Assembly (NCBI GenBank): GCA_963784055.1
Contig: CAWAPY010000018.1
Location: 69,444-133,443, forward strand
DNA from: an uncultured Actinomycetota bacterium
Lineage (GTDB): Bacteria; Actinomycetota; UBA4738; HRBIN12
Reading direction: 5' to 3'
DNA length: 64,000 bases
The notes under the pieces are model-generated. The model searched no databases. It saw only the letters and a program-made list of their open reading frames with translations, and was not told the origin of the DNA. A program made the translations under genes and the position numbers. Of this stretch, positions 40,139 through 50,614 are shown piece after piece (position 1 is the stretch's first letter; every line of letters starts with the position of its first letter).

Positions 40139-41363
40139 GCATCGGACGGATCCGGCTGATGCTCGCCGACGACGAAGCGTCCATCCTCGAAGCGATGAGC
40201 GAGCTCGTGTCGATGGACAAGGAGATCGACGTGGTGGGGACCGCGCGGGACGCCGGCGAGGCGATCGACCTCGCCGAGCTCCACGCGCCGGATGTCGCCC
40301 TGCTCGACGTCCGGATGCCCGGCGGTGGCGGCAGCCGCGCCGCACGCGAGATCCGTCGACGGTCGCCCGAGACCCGCATCGTCGCCCTGTCGGCCAGCAC
40401 GGACCCCAGGACCGTCGCCTCGATGGTTCGGGCGGGTGCCGTGGGATACGTGGGCAAGGATCAGCCGGCCGACGAGGTCCTCCGCGCGATCCATCGCTCC
40501 GCCGACGGACGCGCGAGCCTCGCGGTCGATCGATCTGGGCGAGGTGGCGGAGCGGCTCGTCGAGCAGCAGACACGCGATGTCGTCCGCGTCGCGGAGCGG
40601 ACACGCGTCTCGGCGGCGCGGATCGAGGAAGCGATCCGCGGCGACATGATCCACACCGTGTTCCAGCCCGTGGTCGATCTCAACGACGGCCGCATCCTCG
40701 GCGTGGAAGCGCTCTCGCGATTCCTCTCCAAGCCCAGACGTCGATCCCGAGACCTGGTTCGCGGAAGCTGCGGATCAGGGACTGCTGGCGCGGCTCGAGC
40801 TCGCGACCGCGACCCAAGCGCTCGGGCACCTGGATGCTATCCCCGAGGGTGTGTACCTCTCGGTGAACGTCTCTCCGGAGACGCTCCGTGAACCCCGACT
40901 GGCGGAGCTCTTGCGTTCGATCCCGGCGCGGCGTGTGGTGATCGAGCTCACGGAGCGCTCGCCGATCGTGGACTACGAGGAGACGAACGCGCGCCTAGCC
41001 GAGCTCCGCGCGCTCGGCTGCCGGCTCGCGATCGACGACGTCGGGAAGGGGTTCTCCGGACTCGCGCATGTCGTCGAGCTCTCGCCGGATCTGTTGAAGT
41101 TCGACCGGAGCCTCGTCAGTGGCGTCGACGCCGACGAGCACAAGAGCGCCCTGATCGCGCGACTGAGCTCCTACGCGGACCAGGTCGAGATGGAGGTCAT
41201 CGCCGAGGGGATCGAAACCGCCGGGGAGCTCGAGACCCTCCGTGGGCTCGGCGTGGGAGCCGGACAAGGATTCCTTCTCGGACGACCCGGTCCGATCCCG
41301 TCGATCGCGGATGGCACCTGGGGATGGCCCCTGCGCCGCAACCCCTGGGCAGTTCGCCACTGA
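40135..41363 (+). pseudogene. Response-regulator receiver fused to a canonical EAL (c-di-GMP phosphodiesterase) domain; 2 frame breaks (about 40525 and about 40735)
   Basis: REC: IRLMLADDEASIL...PDVALLDVRMPGGGG...IVALSAS...AGAVGYVGKD. EAL: FQPVVDLNDGRILGVEALSRF, SVNVS, IELTE, AIDDVGKG, LKFDRS, IAEGIE, QGFLLGRP. Confidence 0.8.
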
Positions 41364-41436
41364 CCCGGTACGGGGGCACGAGGACCCGGCCACCGTTGGA
41401 CTCCAGCCGCCCGTCGTTGCTGTCGATGACAACGGG

Positions 41437-41875
41437 GTGAGGGACGATCAACTCAACAGTGACCGCGAGGCGATCTTCGCGGAACTCCTGGCGGCTTTCG
41501 GGCGCCGTGACAACGAGGTGATCCTCGCCGCGATGAGCGGAGACGTCGTCCTCGAGCTCCCCGGGACCTCAGCGCTCGCCGGCACCTATCGAGGCATCGA
41601 TGAGGTGGGACGATTCGTGAGCCAGTTGCGGTCGGTGCTCGACACGGGCCAGCACGAGGTCTCCTTCGAGCACGACGGCGACCAGATGCTCGATCCGCCA
41701 CCAGGTGGCCGTCCACGGCCCCCAGCACGTGGCCGGGATGATCCTCTTCCAGCGGTTCACGTTCGACGCGCCGAGCGGGAAGATCGTGTCGATCACGGTC
41801 GAGCCGGAGGACCGGGGGCTCTTCGACTACGTGGTCCACACCGCGCTCTCGGACGACACGGTTCCCTCTTCATAA
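41437..41875 (+). pseudogene. NTF2/SnoaL-like small protein; one frame break near 41690
   Basis: SDREAIFAELLAAFGRRDNEVILAAMSGDVVLELPG...YRGIDEVGRFVSQLRSVL, then ...VAVHGPQHVAGMILFQRFTFDAPSGKIVSITVEPED in a second frame ending TAA 41875. Confidence 0.5.
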
Positions 41876-42032
41876 GGCTTTCCGCACCGGTCGCGACCGA
41901 CCTCACCGAGAGGCGATCCCTCGTGATCGCGCCTCGTGCTCGATCGATCGATCTTCGCTGTGACCACCGCCTACAGGCAGACCCCTCAGACGCCGAGGAG
42001 AGGAGAAACACCCTCGCGAGGAGCCGGTCAGA

Positions 42033-44672
42033 ATGGGATCGAGTTGGCGGACGCGCTCGAAGCGCTGCAGCCCTATGTCTACGGGGGCTTGTTCCTCGTC
42101 GCGCTGATCCAGTGGCGCCGGCGGCCCGGGCGATCGAGCCTCTGGCTCGTGGCCACCTTCGGCGTGCTCGCGGCCGTCGTGCTCGCAGGGGCTGATCCTC
42201 CCCGAGGATTCCTCGGATCCCGCGATGGAGTGGGCCGGCCGGGCGCTGATCGCCGTCCTCGTCCTGTTCCCCTACTTCCTCTACCGGTTCACGACGACGT
42301 TGCTCCGACCGATCCCCTGGGTGAACGTGACGGGAACGGTCCTCACCGCCTCGATCGCGATCATCGCGTTCCTGCTCCCTTCGTTCCCCGACGAGGACGC
42401 CCCGCCGCCGCGCTGGGTCGGCATCTTCATCATCGCGCTCCTGACCCAGTGGGTCTTCCTCTCCGCCGTCGTGGCGATCCGCCTGTGGAGGGCCGGCAAG
42501 GGACAGCCGACCGTGGCTCGCCGGAGGATGCGGACGATGGCCCTCGGGGCGACCGGACTCGCGCTGGCGCTGGTGGTCGCGGGCCAGTTCTCCGGAGGGG
42601 AAGGGATCGCCGACGTGTTCTTCGGGCTGCTCGTCCTCGGCGCGGCTCCGCTGATGCTGATCGGCTTCGCTCCCCCACGGGCGCTCCGGATGGTGTGGCG
42701 CAGGCGGGAGGAAGCCGAGCTGCGCGAGGCCGGACACTCGCTGATGGAAGCGATCACGACCCAGGAGGTCGCTCGCATCCTGCTCCCCCATGCCCGGATC
42801 CTCCTCGGCGCCGAGGTCGCCAGGCTCGAGGGTGAGGACGGGGAGATCGTCGCGAGCCTGGACGCGAACGGAGACCCTACACGCCGGACACCGATCCCGA
42901 GGGCGAACAGACGTCGCAGGACGGACTCGAGCGCCCGATCGTCCGGGTTCCGATGCGGAAGGGTCAGCTCGTCGTGCACTCGAGCCCGCTGACCCCGTTC
43001 TTCGGGGACGAGGAGCTGTCCGAGCTGCAGGAGCTCGCCGCCCTGGCAGATCTGGCGATCGCGCGGAACGAGCTCCTCGATTCCCAGCGCACGCTCGCCG
43101 CGATCGTCCAATCCTCGGACGACGCGATCATCTCGAGGACCCTGGATGGCACCATCACGAGCTGGAACCGCGGGGCGGAGAAGATCTACGGGTACGAGGC
43201 CGATGAGGCGGTCGGCAGATCCATCTCGATGCTCGACCCGCATGGGTACGACGACGCGGAGATCATGGAGAAGATCCTTCGTGGCGAGAGCACCGATCAC
43301 TACGAGACGGAGCGGCGGACGAAGGAGCGGCCAGTCGATCCACGTCTCACTCACCATCTCTCCGATCAAGGAAGCCGACGGCACGATCTCCGGCGTGTCC
43401 GTTGTCGCGCGAGACGTGAGCGAGCGTCGCCGACTCGACGAGGAGCGCGCAGCCGCGCACGAGGAGGCCGATCGCGCGAATCACGCCAAGAGCGAGTTCC
43501 TGTCGCGGATGAGTCATGAGCTCCGCACGCCCCTGAACTCGGTGCTGGGCTTCGCCCAGCTGATGCAGATGGAGCCGATGGCTCCCAAGCAGGAGGATGC
43601 GACCCGGGAGATCCTGAAGGCGGGCACGCATCTGGTCGAGCTGATCGACGAGGTGCTGGACATCGCACGGATCGAGGCGGGGAAGCTCCGCCTGTCCCTC
43701 GAGCCGGTGGATGCGGTCCTCGTGATCGAGGAGTGCATCTCACTCCTCGGACCGCAGGCCGCCCAGGAGGGCGTCACGCGTGGCGATGGACGGTCCCGCG
43801 GCCAAGATCGGATCGACCTACGTCATCGCCGACCGCCAGCGACTGAAGCAGGTGTTGCTGAACCTGCTCTCCAACGGCATCAAGTACAACCGGGAGCACG
43901 GCACCGTCACGGTCTCGATCGAGCGCACCGCCGAGGGGAGCCGGATCAGGATCGACGTCTCGGACACCGGTCGTGGGATCCCGCCGGAGCGCCTCGACCG
44001 CCTCTTCTCTCCGTTCGAACGCCTGGGGATCGAGGGGACGGGGATCCAGGGAACCGGCCTGGGGCTCGCCCTCACCAAGCCGCTCGTCGAGGCGATGGGT
44101 GGCACGATCGAGGTCTCGAGCGAGCTCGGTCGCGGGAGCAGGTTCAGCCTGGAGCTCGCCTCCGCCGATGCGACCGCGATCGCCGAGAGCGTCGCATCGG
44201 ACGACCACCACCTGGTCGCATCGGTCGTTCCTCGGACCCGAACGTCCTCTACGTGGAGGACAACCTCGCCAACCTCAAGCTGATGGAGCGGATCCTCGAG
44301 CGCCGGCAGGGCATCCAGCTGATCTCGGCGATGCAGGGAAGCCTGGGCGTCACGCTCGCGCGCGACCATCAGCCTGACCTGATCTTCCTGGACCTCAACC
44401 TGCCGGACATGGGCGGCCAGGAGCTCCTCGGCCGCCTGAGTGCCGATCCGAGGACCGCGGACCTCCCGGTCGTGGTGATCTCGGCCGACGTGACCGCGGG
44501 ACAGCACGCGAGGCTGGTCGACGCCGGCGCTCGTGACTTCGTCCCGAAACCGTTCGACGTCGAACGGTTGCTGCGGATCGTCGATGAGTTCTGTGGCACG
44601 GCCGTCAACGCGGGTGCCCAGAACGGGTCCTCGAACGGCGAGGCGCGGCCGTCGATCCACCCGAGCTCCTGA
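42033..44672 (+). pseudogene. Hybrid sensor histidine kinase: multi-TM, GAF-like, PAS, HisKA, HATPase_c, REC; at least 5 frame breaks as assembled
   Basis: TM region (42044-42700). PAS LAAIVQSSDDAIISRTLDGTITSWNRGAEKIYGY. H-box FLSRMSHELRTPLNSVLGF. N/G boxes LLNLLSNGIKYN, DTGRGI, GTGLGLALTKPLVEAMGG (43780..44283 frame). REC VLYVEDNLANL...DLIFLDLNLPDMGG...VVVISAD...KPFD. Confidence 0.75.
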
Positions 44673-44685
44673 CCGTTCGGCGGGA

Positions 44686-45560
44686 TCACTCTGCGCGCCC
44701 GCGGCCCCCGGACGATCCGCTCTCGGCATCGGACATCGGCTCCACCACGAAGCGGTCGCTCGCGATCCGTTGCGGGGCCTCGCCTGCGACCTCGAGGGCC
44801 GACTCGAGCGAGAAGAGGTCGTCGATGGACAGCGGCAACGGCGCTTCGTCAGGCTGGTACGTCGTCCCCAGCTCGTACAGCTCACCCGTCGCGCTCATCT
44901 CGATGTGCCCGCCCAGGATCTGCCGGACCGGCTGGCCCCGCGATCGCCGTCTCGCGCGCGAAGCGCGCGAGACGGCGGATGCTCTCGCGGTAGGCGCTCC
45001 AGTCGCGGACGGTGAGGGTGCCCGGGAGCAGCGCATCGCCACTCAGGAGCAGCCCTCGCGTCCGGTCGAACAGGATCACGTGATCGTCGAGGTGGCCCGG
45101 GGCCGGGATCACATCGACGGGTCGTTCGCCCAGGTCGAGCGTGGTCCGGCCCTGCGGCCAGTCCTCGATCCCGAAGAACCCCGCGACGCCGGCCGCCCCG
45201 ATCGGCGCGATCGATCCGGCCGCGAAGGTCGGTGAACTGCGCATCGCCCGCGCGATGGTCGCCGTGGCCGTGCGAGTGGGTGATCGTCAGCTCGAGCGGC
45301 CTCGCCCCGAGCAGCTCGTCCACGGTGCGCCGGATCGGGAACAGGTCCGCGTCGGCCGTCGCACCCGTGTCGTGGAGCAGGGCGCGCTCGGAGCCCATCA
45401 GCAGGCACAGGAAGGGCGCCTCGAAGTTCACGCACTTGCTCTGGCGGATGACGAACGTGTCGTCGTGGGCCGCCACGACCTGGAGCGGCGGATCGGTCGA
45501 GTGCTCGCAGTCCGGCGAACCGTGGATCCACTTCACCTCATCGAGGTCGGTCGTCTCCAT
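44686..45560 (-). pseudogene. MBL-fold metallo-hydrolase; 2 frame breaks
   Basis: ATG 45560. HSHGHGDH (HxHxDH). PAPGHLDDHVILFD and the C-terminal third are in two other frames. Confidence 0.7.
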
Positions 45561-45593
45561 GGGACCAGGGTACGGAGGCGCGCACCGATCGGA

Positions 45594-46799
45594 TCAGACG
45601 ACCCGGACGCCGTCCTTCCAGACCTGCTCGATGCGGTCCGCGAGCGTCCCGAAGTCGAACGGATCGCCGTCGACCACGACCACATCGGCGATCCTTCCGG
45701 GAGCGAGGGTCCCGAGGGTCTCCTCGAGGCCCATCAGCTCCGCGGCGCTCGACGTCGTGGCCACGAGCGCCTGCTCGGGCGTGAAGCCGTTGGCGGCCAT
45801 CAGCTCCAGCTCCCGCAGGTTCGTCCCGTGCGGAGCGACCGGACAATCCGTGCCCATCGCCACCTTCACGCCCGCGTCGGCGGCCCGCCGGAACGCCTCC
45901 AGCTCCGGGCTCCCGAGCTCGCGGAGCTTCTCGCGGACCGCCTCGGCGACCTGGGGATTCGCGGCGATCTCGTCGGTCGTGTCCCCGGCCGTCAGCGTGG
46001 GGACCAGCCACGTCCCTCGCTCGAGCATCAGCTCGATCCCCTCGTCGTCGAGGTACGTGCCGTGATCGATCGAGCGCACGCCGGCGCGGACGGCGCGCTT
46101 GATCCCCTCGGCCCCGTGCGCGTGCGACATCACCCATCGGCCGAGGTCCGCCGCGGTGCGCACGATCGCCTCGACCTCGGCCTCCGAGAAGTTCGGCTGC
46201 GACGGATCGTCGGCCGGTGACAGGAAGCCTCCGGACGAGGCGATCTTGATCACGTCGGCGCCGGCACGGATCACCTCCCGCACCTTCGCGGCCACGCCGT
46301 CGACGCCGTCGCACACGCCGCTCGGCATGCCCGGGTACGGCTGTCCCCAGGGACCGGTCGCGCCGCTCGGCAGCCAGGGGTCGTTGTGCCCGCCGGTCAT
46401 CGAGAGCATCGTGACGCTGATCTGCATCCGCGGCCCGACGAGCGAGCCCTCCTCGACGGCGAGCCGCATCCCGGCATCCGCGCCGGCGGCGTCACGGACC
46501 GTCGTGATCCCGCACGCGAGGGTGCGCCGCATGTTCTCCGCGACCCGGTAGAACGGCGCGCTGAACGGCTCGTGCAGCACGCGGACCTCGTCGAAGTCCT
46601 CGTAGCGCGAGACCAGGTGGACGTGGGTGTCGAACAGGCCGGGCAGGATCGCCTTGCCCGAGCAGTCGATCCCCTCGTCGCCGTCGAGACCGGGCCCGAC
46701 CTCGACGATCCGTCCGCCCTCGATCAGCACGTCGGCGTCGGCGAGCGCAGCGCCCGTGCCGTCGAACACCCGTCCCCCGTGGAACACGGTCCTGCCCAC
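45594..46799 (-). CDS. Amidohydrolase-family metallo-hydrolase (COG1228 imidazolonepropionase/prolidase-like)
   Basis: AAGGAGG lies 6 nt upstream of GTG 46799. VFHGGRVFDGTG...ILPGLFDTHVHL...MSHAHG...SIDHG. The track's 523-aa ORF over-extends across the 2Fe-2S gene. Confidence 0.8.
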   Translation of the reverse strand: MGRTVFHGGRVFDGTGAALADADVLIEGGRIVEVGPGLDGDEGIDCSGKAILPGLFDTHVHLVSRYEDFDEVRVLHEPFSAPFYRVAENMRRTLACGITTVRDAAGADAGMRLAVEEGSLVGPRMQISVTMLSMTGGHNDPWLPSGATGPWGQPYPGMPSGVCDGVDGVAAKVREVIRAGADVIKIASSGGFLSPADDPSQPNFSEAEVEAIVRTAADLGRWVMSHAHGAEGIKRAVRAGVRSIDHGTYLDDEGIELMLERGTWLVPTLTAGDTTDEIAANPQVAEAVREKLRELGSPELEAFRRAADAGVKVAMGTDCPVAPHGTNLRELELMAANGFTPEQALVATTSSAAELMGLEETLGTLAPGRIADVVVVDGDPFDFGTLADRIEQVWKDGVRVV

Positions 46800-46816
46800 G
46801 AGCTGCCTCCTTGACC

Positions 46817-47284
46817 TCAGCTCGACGAACGGGCCGCGCTGCGGACCGCGCGGACGATGCCGTCGTAGCCCGTGCACCGGCAGAGGTTCCCGGAGAGCGC
46901 GATGCGCACGTCCTCCTCGGACGGATCCGGGTTCTCGCGCAGCAGCGCCGTGGCCGAGATGAGCATCCCCGGCGTGCAGAACCCGCACTGCACGCCGCCG
47001 TGCTCGAGGAGCGCGCGCTGGAGGGGAGCCAGCTCGTCGCCGGTGGCGAGGCCCTCGACCGTCGTGACGTCCCGGCCGTCGGCTTGCAGCGCCAGGTAGC
47101 TGCAGGAGTTCACCGGCTTGCCGTCGAGCAGCATCATGCAGGCCCCGCACTCCGAGTCGTCGCATCCCTCCTTGGAGCCCGTGAGCCCGATCACGTCGCG
47201 GGCGGCGTCGAGCAGGCTCATATGGGGATCGAGCTCCACCTCGTACGCGACGCCGTTCACGCGCAGCGTGGCCGGAACGCTCAT
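46817..47284 (-). CDS. (2Fe-2S)-binding small subunit of a xanthine-dehydrogenase-family molybdenum hydroxylase
   Basis: [22 protein letters not shown]...[10 protein letters not shown]...GNLCRCTGY. Confidence 0.9.
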   Translation of the reverse strand: MSVPATLRVNGVAYEVELDPHMSLLDAARDVIGLTGSKEGCDDSECGACMMLLDGKPVNSCSYLALQADGRDVTTVEGLATGDELAPLQRALLEHGGVQCGFCTPGMLISATALLRENPDPSEEDVRIALSGNLCRCTGYDGIVRAVRSAARSSS

Positions 47285-48196
47285 GTGCTCGCCCCCCGAG
47301 CCGCGTAGGTGGCGGCGCTCGCGGGGATCGGGACGTCCTCGCCCCGGGCGCGGGCGAGGGCGACCGAGATGGCCCGGCCGGCGATCACCTCCGCCATCGC
47401 CGAGCGGTACTCGGGCCGACCCTCGGACGTCCGTGATCGGCGACGACCCGGCCGCCACCGCCCGAGCGGCGGCCGCGATCGCGTCGGCGCCGCCGTCGGA
47501 ACCGATCGAGCGCCGCCTCGGCGTCCGGGACACGTCGGATGGTGGGAGCCAGCGCCGTGATCGCGACGCGTGCGTCCGCGACCGAGCCGCCGTCGAGCCT
47601 GACGACGGCCGTCACGCCGACCACGGCGATCTCCATCTGGCGGCGATACTCGAGGCGGACGTACGCGGAGCCGGTCGCCGGGATCGGCGCCGGAACGTCG
47701 ACGCCGACGAGCAACTCGTGCGGGTCGGCCGCGGTCGTTCCCGGTCCGGTCCAGAGCTCGTCGAGCGGCACCTCGCGCTCACCGGACGCCGACCGGAGAC
47801 GGGCGGAGGCGTCGAAGCACAGCAGCGGCCCGCCGGTGTCCATCGCCGGCGAGGCGTTCATCACGTTGCCGCCGATCGTGCCGTGCGCGCGGGTCGCGTG
47901 GGAGCCCGACGATCGCGGACGCGTCGGCGAGGGCGGTGAACCGCTCGCGGATCACGTCGCTCGCGACGATGTCCTTCGTGGGTCACCAGCGCGCCGAGAC
48001 GCAGGCCCGTCCCCGCTCTCGGCGATCCCTTCGAGCGCCGCGATCCGATCGATCGCGACGATCGCCTCGGGCAGCGGGGACTTGCCCTGCCGGGCTCCGA
48101 CCACGAGGTCGGTGCCCCCCGCGACCGGGCGCGCCCCGCTCCCAGGGCGTCGAGGGCGTCCTCCAGCGTGGCCGCGGACGTGAACGACCTGGTCAC
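47281..48196 (-). pseudogene. FAD-binding medium subunit of molybdenum hydroxylase; at least 3 frame breaks
   Basis: VTRSFTSAATLEDAL..., RPVAGGTDLVVGARQGKSPLPEAIVAIDRI, GTIGGNVMNASPAMD (47385..47864 ORF), ...EYRSAMAEV. GTGA and ATGA overlaps with the flanking subunit genes. Confidence 0.75.
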
Positions 48197-50476
48197 GCGT
48201 CGGCTCCTCGGCGGACGCCGCCCAGACGCGCTCGGGTGTCATCGGGAGCTGCCGGACGTGGCCGTCCCGAGCACCTTGGCGATCGCGTTCGCGATCGCGC
48301 CGGCGGTCGGGACCTGCGGGGGCTCGCCGACGCCCTTGGAGCCGCGCGGGCCGGCGCCCTCGCGTGGGATCTGCACCCAGTCGACCTCGATCTCGGGGGC
48401 GTCGGAGCAGGTGACGAGCTTGTAGTCGAGCAGGTGCGGGTTCCGCTGCCGCCCCTCGTCGTCGAACACGGTTCCCTCCGAGAGCGCGAGGCCGACCCCC
48501 ATCACGACGCCGCCCGTCACCTGGCCGTCGGCGCCCATCCTGTTGAGGATCATGCCGGAGTCGTGCGCGGCGGCGACCTTGAGGACGCGGACCACGCCCG
48601 TCTCGCGATCGACCTTCACGTGCGCCGCCTGCGGTGATCAGCTGCGGGGCGGCGAACGTCTCGCTCCCGAGACGGCCCACGCAGCCGCCCGTGTCGCCAG
48701 CGGGGACCTCGGGGACCTCGCCCGACCCCTTCCCGTGGATCGTGCCGGCGCCGGCGATGTCCGCGATCGAGACCGACCGGTCGGGCGAGCCCTTCACCCG
48801 CACCTGTCCCTCGGCGAGCTCGAGGTCCTCGCGGTCGACCTCGAGCTCCGCGGCGGCGGCGTCGAGGAGCTGGTCGCGCACGTCGGCGGCCGCGGCCAGG
48901 ATCGCCCGACCGGAGTTGAACGTGGTCTGTGAGCCGCACGAGCCCATGTCCCAGTTCGCCGCCGCGGTGTCCTGGTAGAGCAGCGTGAGGTTCTCCGGGT
49001 CCATGCCGAGCTCCTCGGCGACGAACCTCGGCATCGCCATCACGGCTCCGCTGCCGTTCTCCTGGGCGCCGGTCACGATCGTTCCGCTGCCGTCGCCGTT
49101 CAGGTGGATGTAGGCGCCGGAAGGAGCCGGCCCGGACGGCCACCAGCCCACCGCGACGCCGATCGCCTCGTCGTCGGGGAGGTCGCGCTCGTAGCCGATC
49201 ATCTCGACGGCGCGCTCCAACGTCTGCTTGACGCCGATCTCGTCGAAGATCTGGCGCGTCGGACCCTCGGCGCCCTCCTCGATCAGCGTCCGTCGCCGGA
49301 GCTCGACCGGATCGATGCCGAGCTCGCCGAGCGACCTCGTCCATGTGCTGCTCGAGGCCCCAGCACACCTGCGGGGCGGTCGGGGCCCGCACCGAGCCGG
49401 AGGGCTGCCGGTTCGAGTAGTTGAGGAACGACTCCACGAAGACCGCGTCGATCACGTAGGGACCGCACGCGTGCATCGCGGCCATCTGCCCGAGGAACCC
49501 GCCTTCGCCGCAGTAGGCCCCCTTGTCCAGGATCAGGCGCGCCTTCCGCGCCACCAGGTGCCCGTCGCGCGTCGCACCGGTCTCGAACTCCATCACGATC
49601 CCCTCGCGCCGCTGTGCGATCGCCCGGAACTCCTCCTCGCGAGAGAAGACCAGCCGCACCGGACGCCGTGCGGCGCGCGCGAGCGCGGCCACCTGGGCCT
49701 CGAAGTGCAGGTCGCACTTCGCCCCGAACCCGCCGCCCAGCAGCGGGACCACGACCCGGACGTTCGCCTCCGGGATCTGCAGGGTCTGCGCGACCCCGGA
49801 GCGTGCGGCATAGGGAACCTGCGTCGAGGACCAGATCGTGACCTCGTCGCCCCGCCACTCGGCCAGCACGGCGCGCGGCTCGATCGGCACGCCCTGCGAG
49901 GCGTCGGACTCGTAGCGGCTCTTCACGACGACGTCGGCACCGGCCATCGCGGCGTCGGCGTCGCCCTTCACGATCGTGGAGTAGGAGATCGTGTTCCCGT
50001 TCGCCACCATCTGCTCGTCGCGCTCGTACGACGCCCAGTCGGTGGTGAACCAGGGGCGCGTCGGGCTCCATCGCCCCCACGAAGTCGGTGAGCGCGGGCA
50101 ACGGCTCGTACTCCACCTCGATCAGGCGCGCCGCTTCGGCCGCCGCGGCCTCGGTGAGGGCGGCCACTCCCGCGACGATCTCGCCCTCGAATCGCACGAC
50201 GTCCTTCGCGAACAGGGTGCGGTCCTGCACCAGCCCGCCGAAGCGGACATCGGGCAGGTCGTCCTGCGTGACCACCGCGACGACACCGGGCGAGCGCGCG
50301 GGCCTTCGTCGTGTCGATGCCGGAGGATCCTGGCGTGCGGGATGGTCCGCGTAGCGGAACGCGGCATGCGCCATGCCGGTGGATTCGAGGTCGGCGGTGT
50401 AGCGCCCGGCGCCCGTCACCTTCTCCCGACCGTCGGGGCGGATGAACGTCTTCGCTGCCGAGGTGCCGACCGCCAT
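48193..50476 (-). pseudogene. Molybdopterin-binding large subunit of xanthine-dehydrogenase-family hydroxylase; at least 4 frame breaks
   Basis: GGAGGG upstream of ATG 50476. MAVGTSAAKTFIRPDGREKVTGAGRYTADL. VPLLGGGFGAK. PSGSVRAPTAPQV.. (generic family motif, not the AYRCSFR/AYRGAGR of CO dehydrogenases). GVGEPPQVPTAGAIANAI. Confidence 0.75.
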
Positions 50477-50614
50477 CAGATGCCCTCCGTTCCGGTGGCG
50501 CACATCATGGTCGGTGCCCGCGGCTCGCGACAAACCCACGCATCCGATCGTGCAGCCGTGGACGTGATCTCGATCACGGCCGGGCCCCGCCGGCCCGATG
50601 CTAGGGTCGGCCGG

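Noticed and set aside
46817-50476. Calling the L-M-S molybdoenzyme an aerobic CO dehydrogenase (coxLMS).
   Set aside because: The large-subunit active-site region reads ..PSGSVRAPTAPQV.. rather than the AYRCSFR (form I) or AYRGAGR (form II) signatures. Only the generic xanthine-dehydrogenase-family call is supported.
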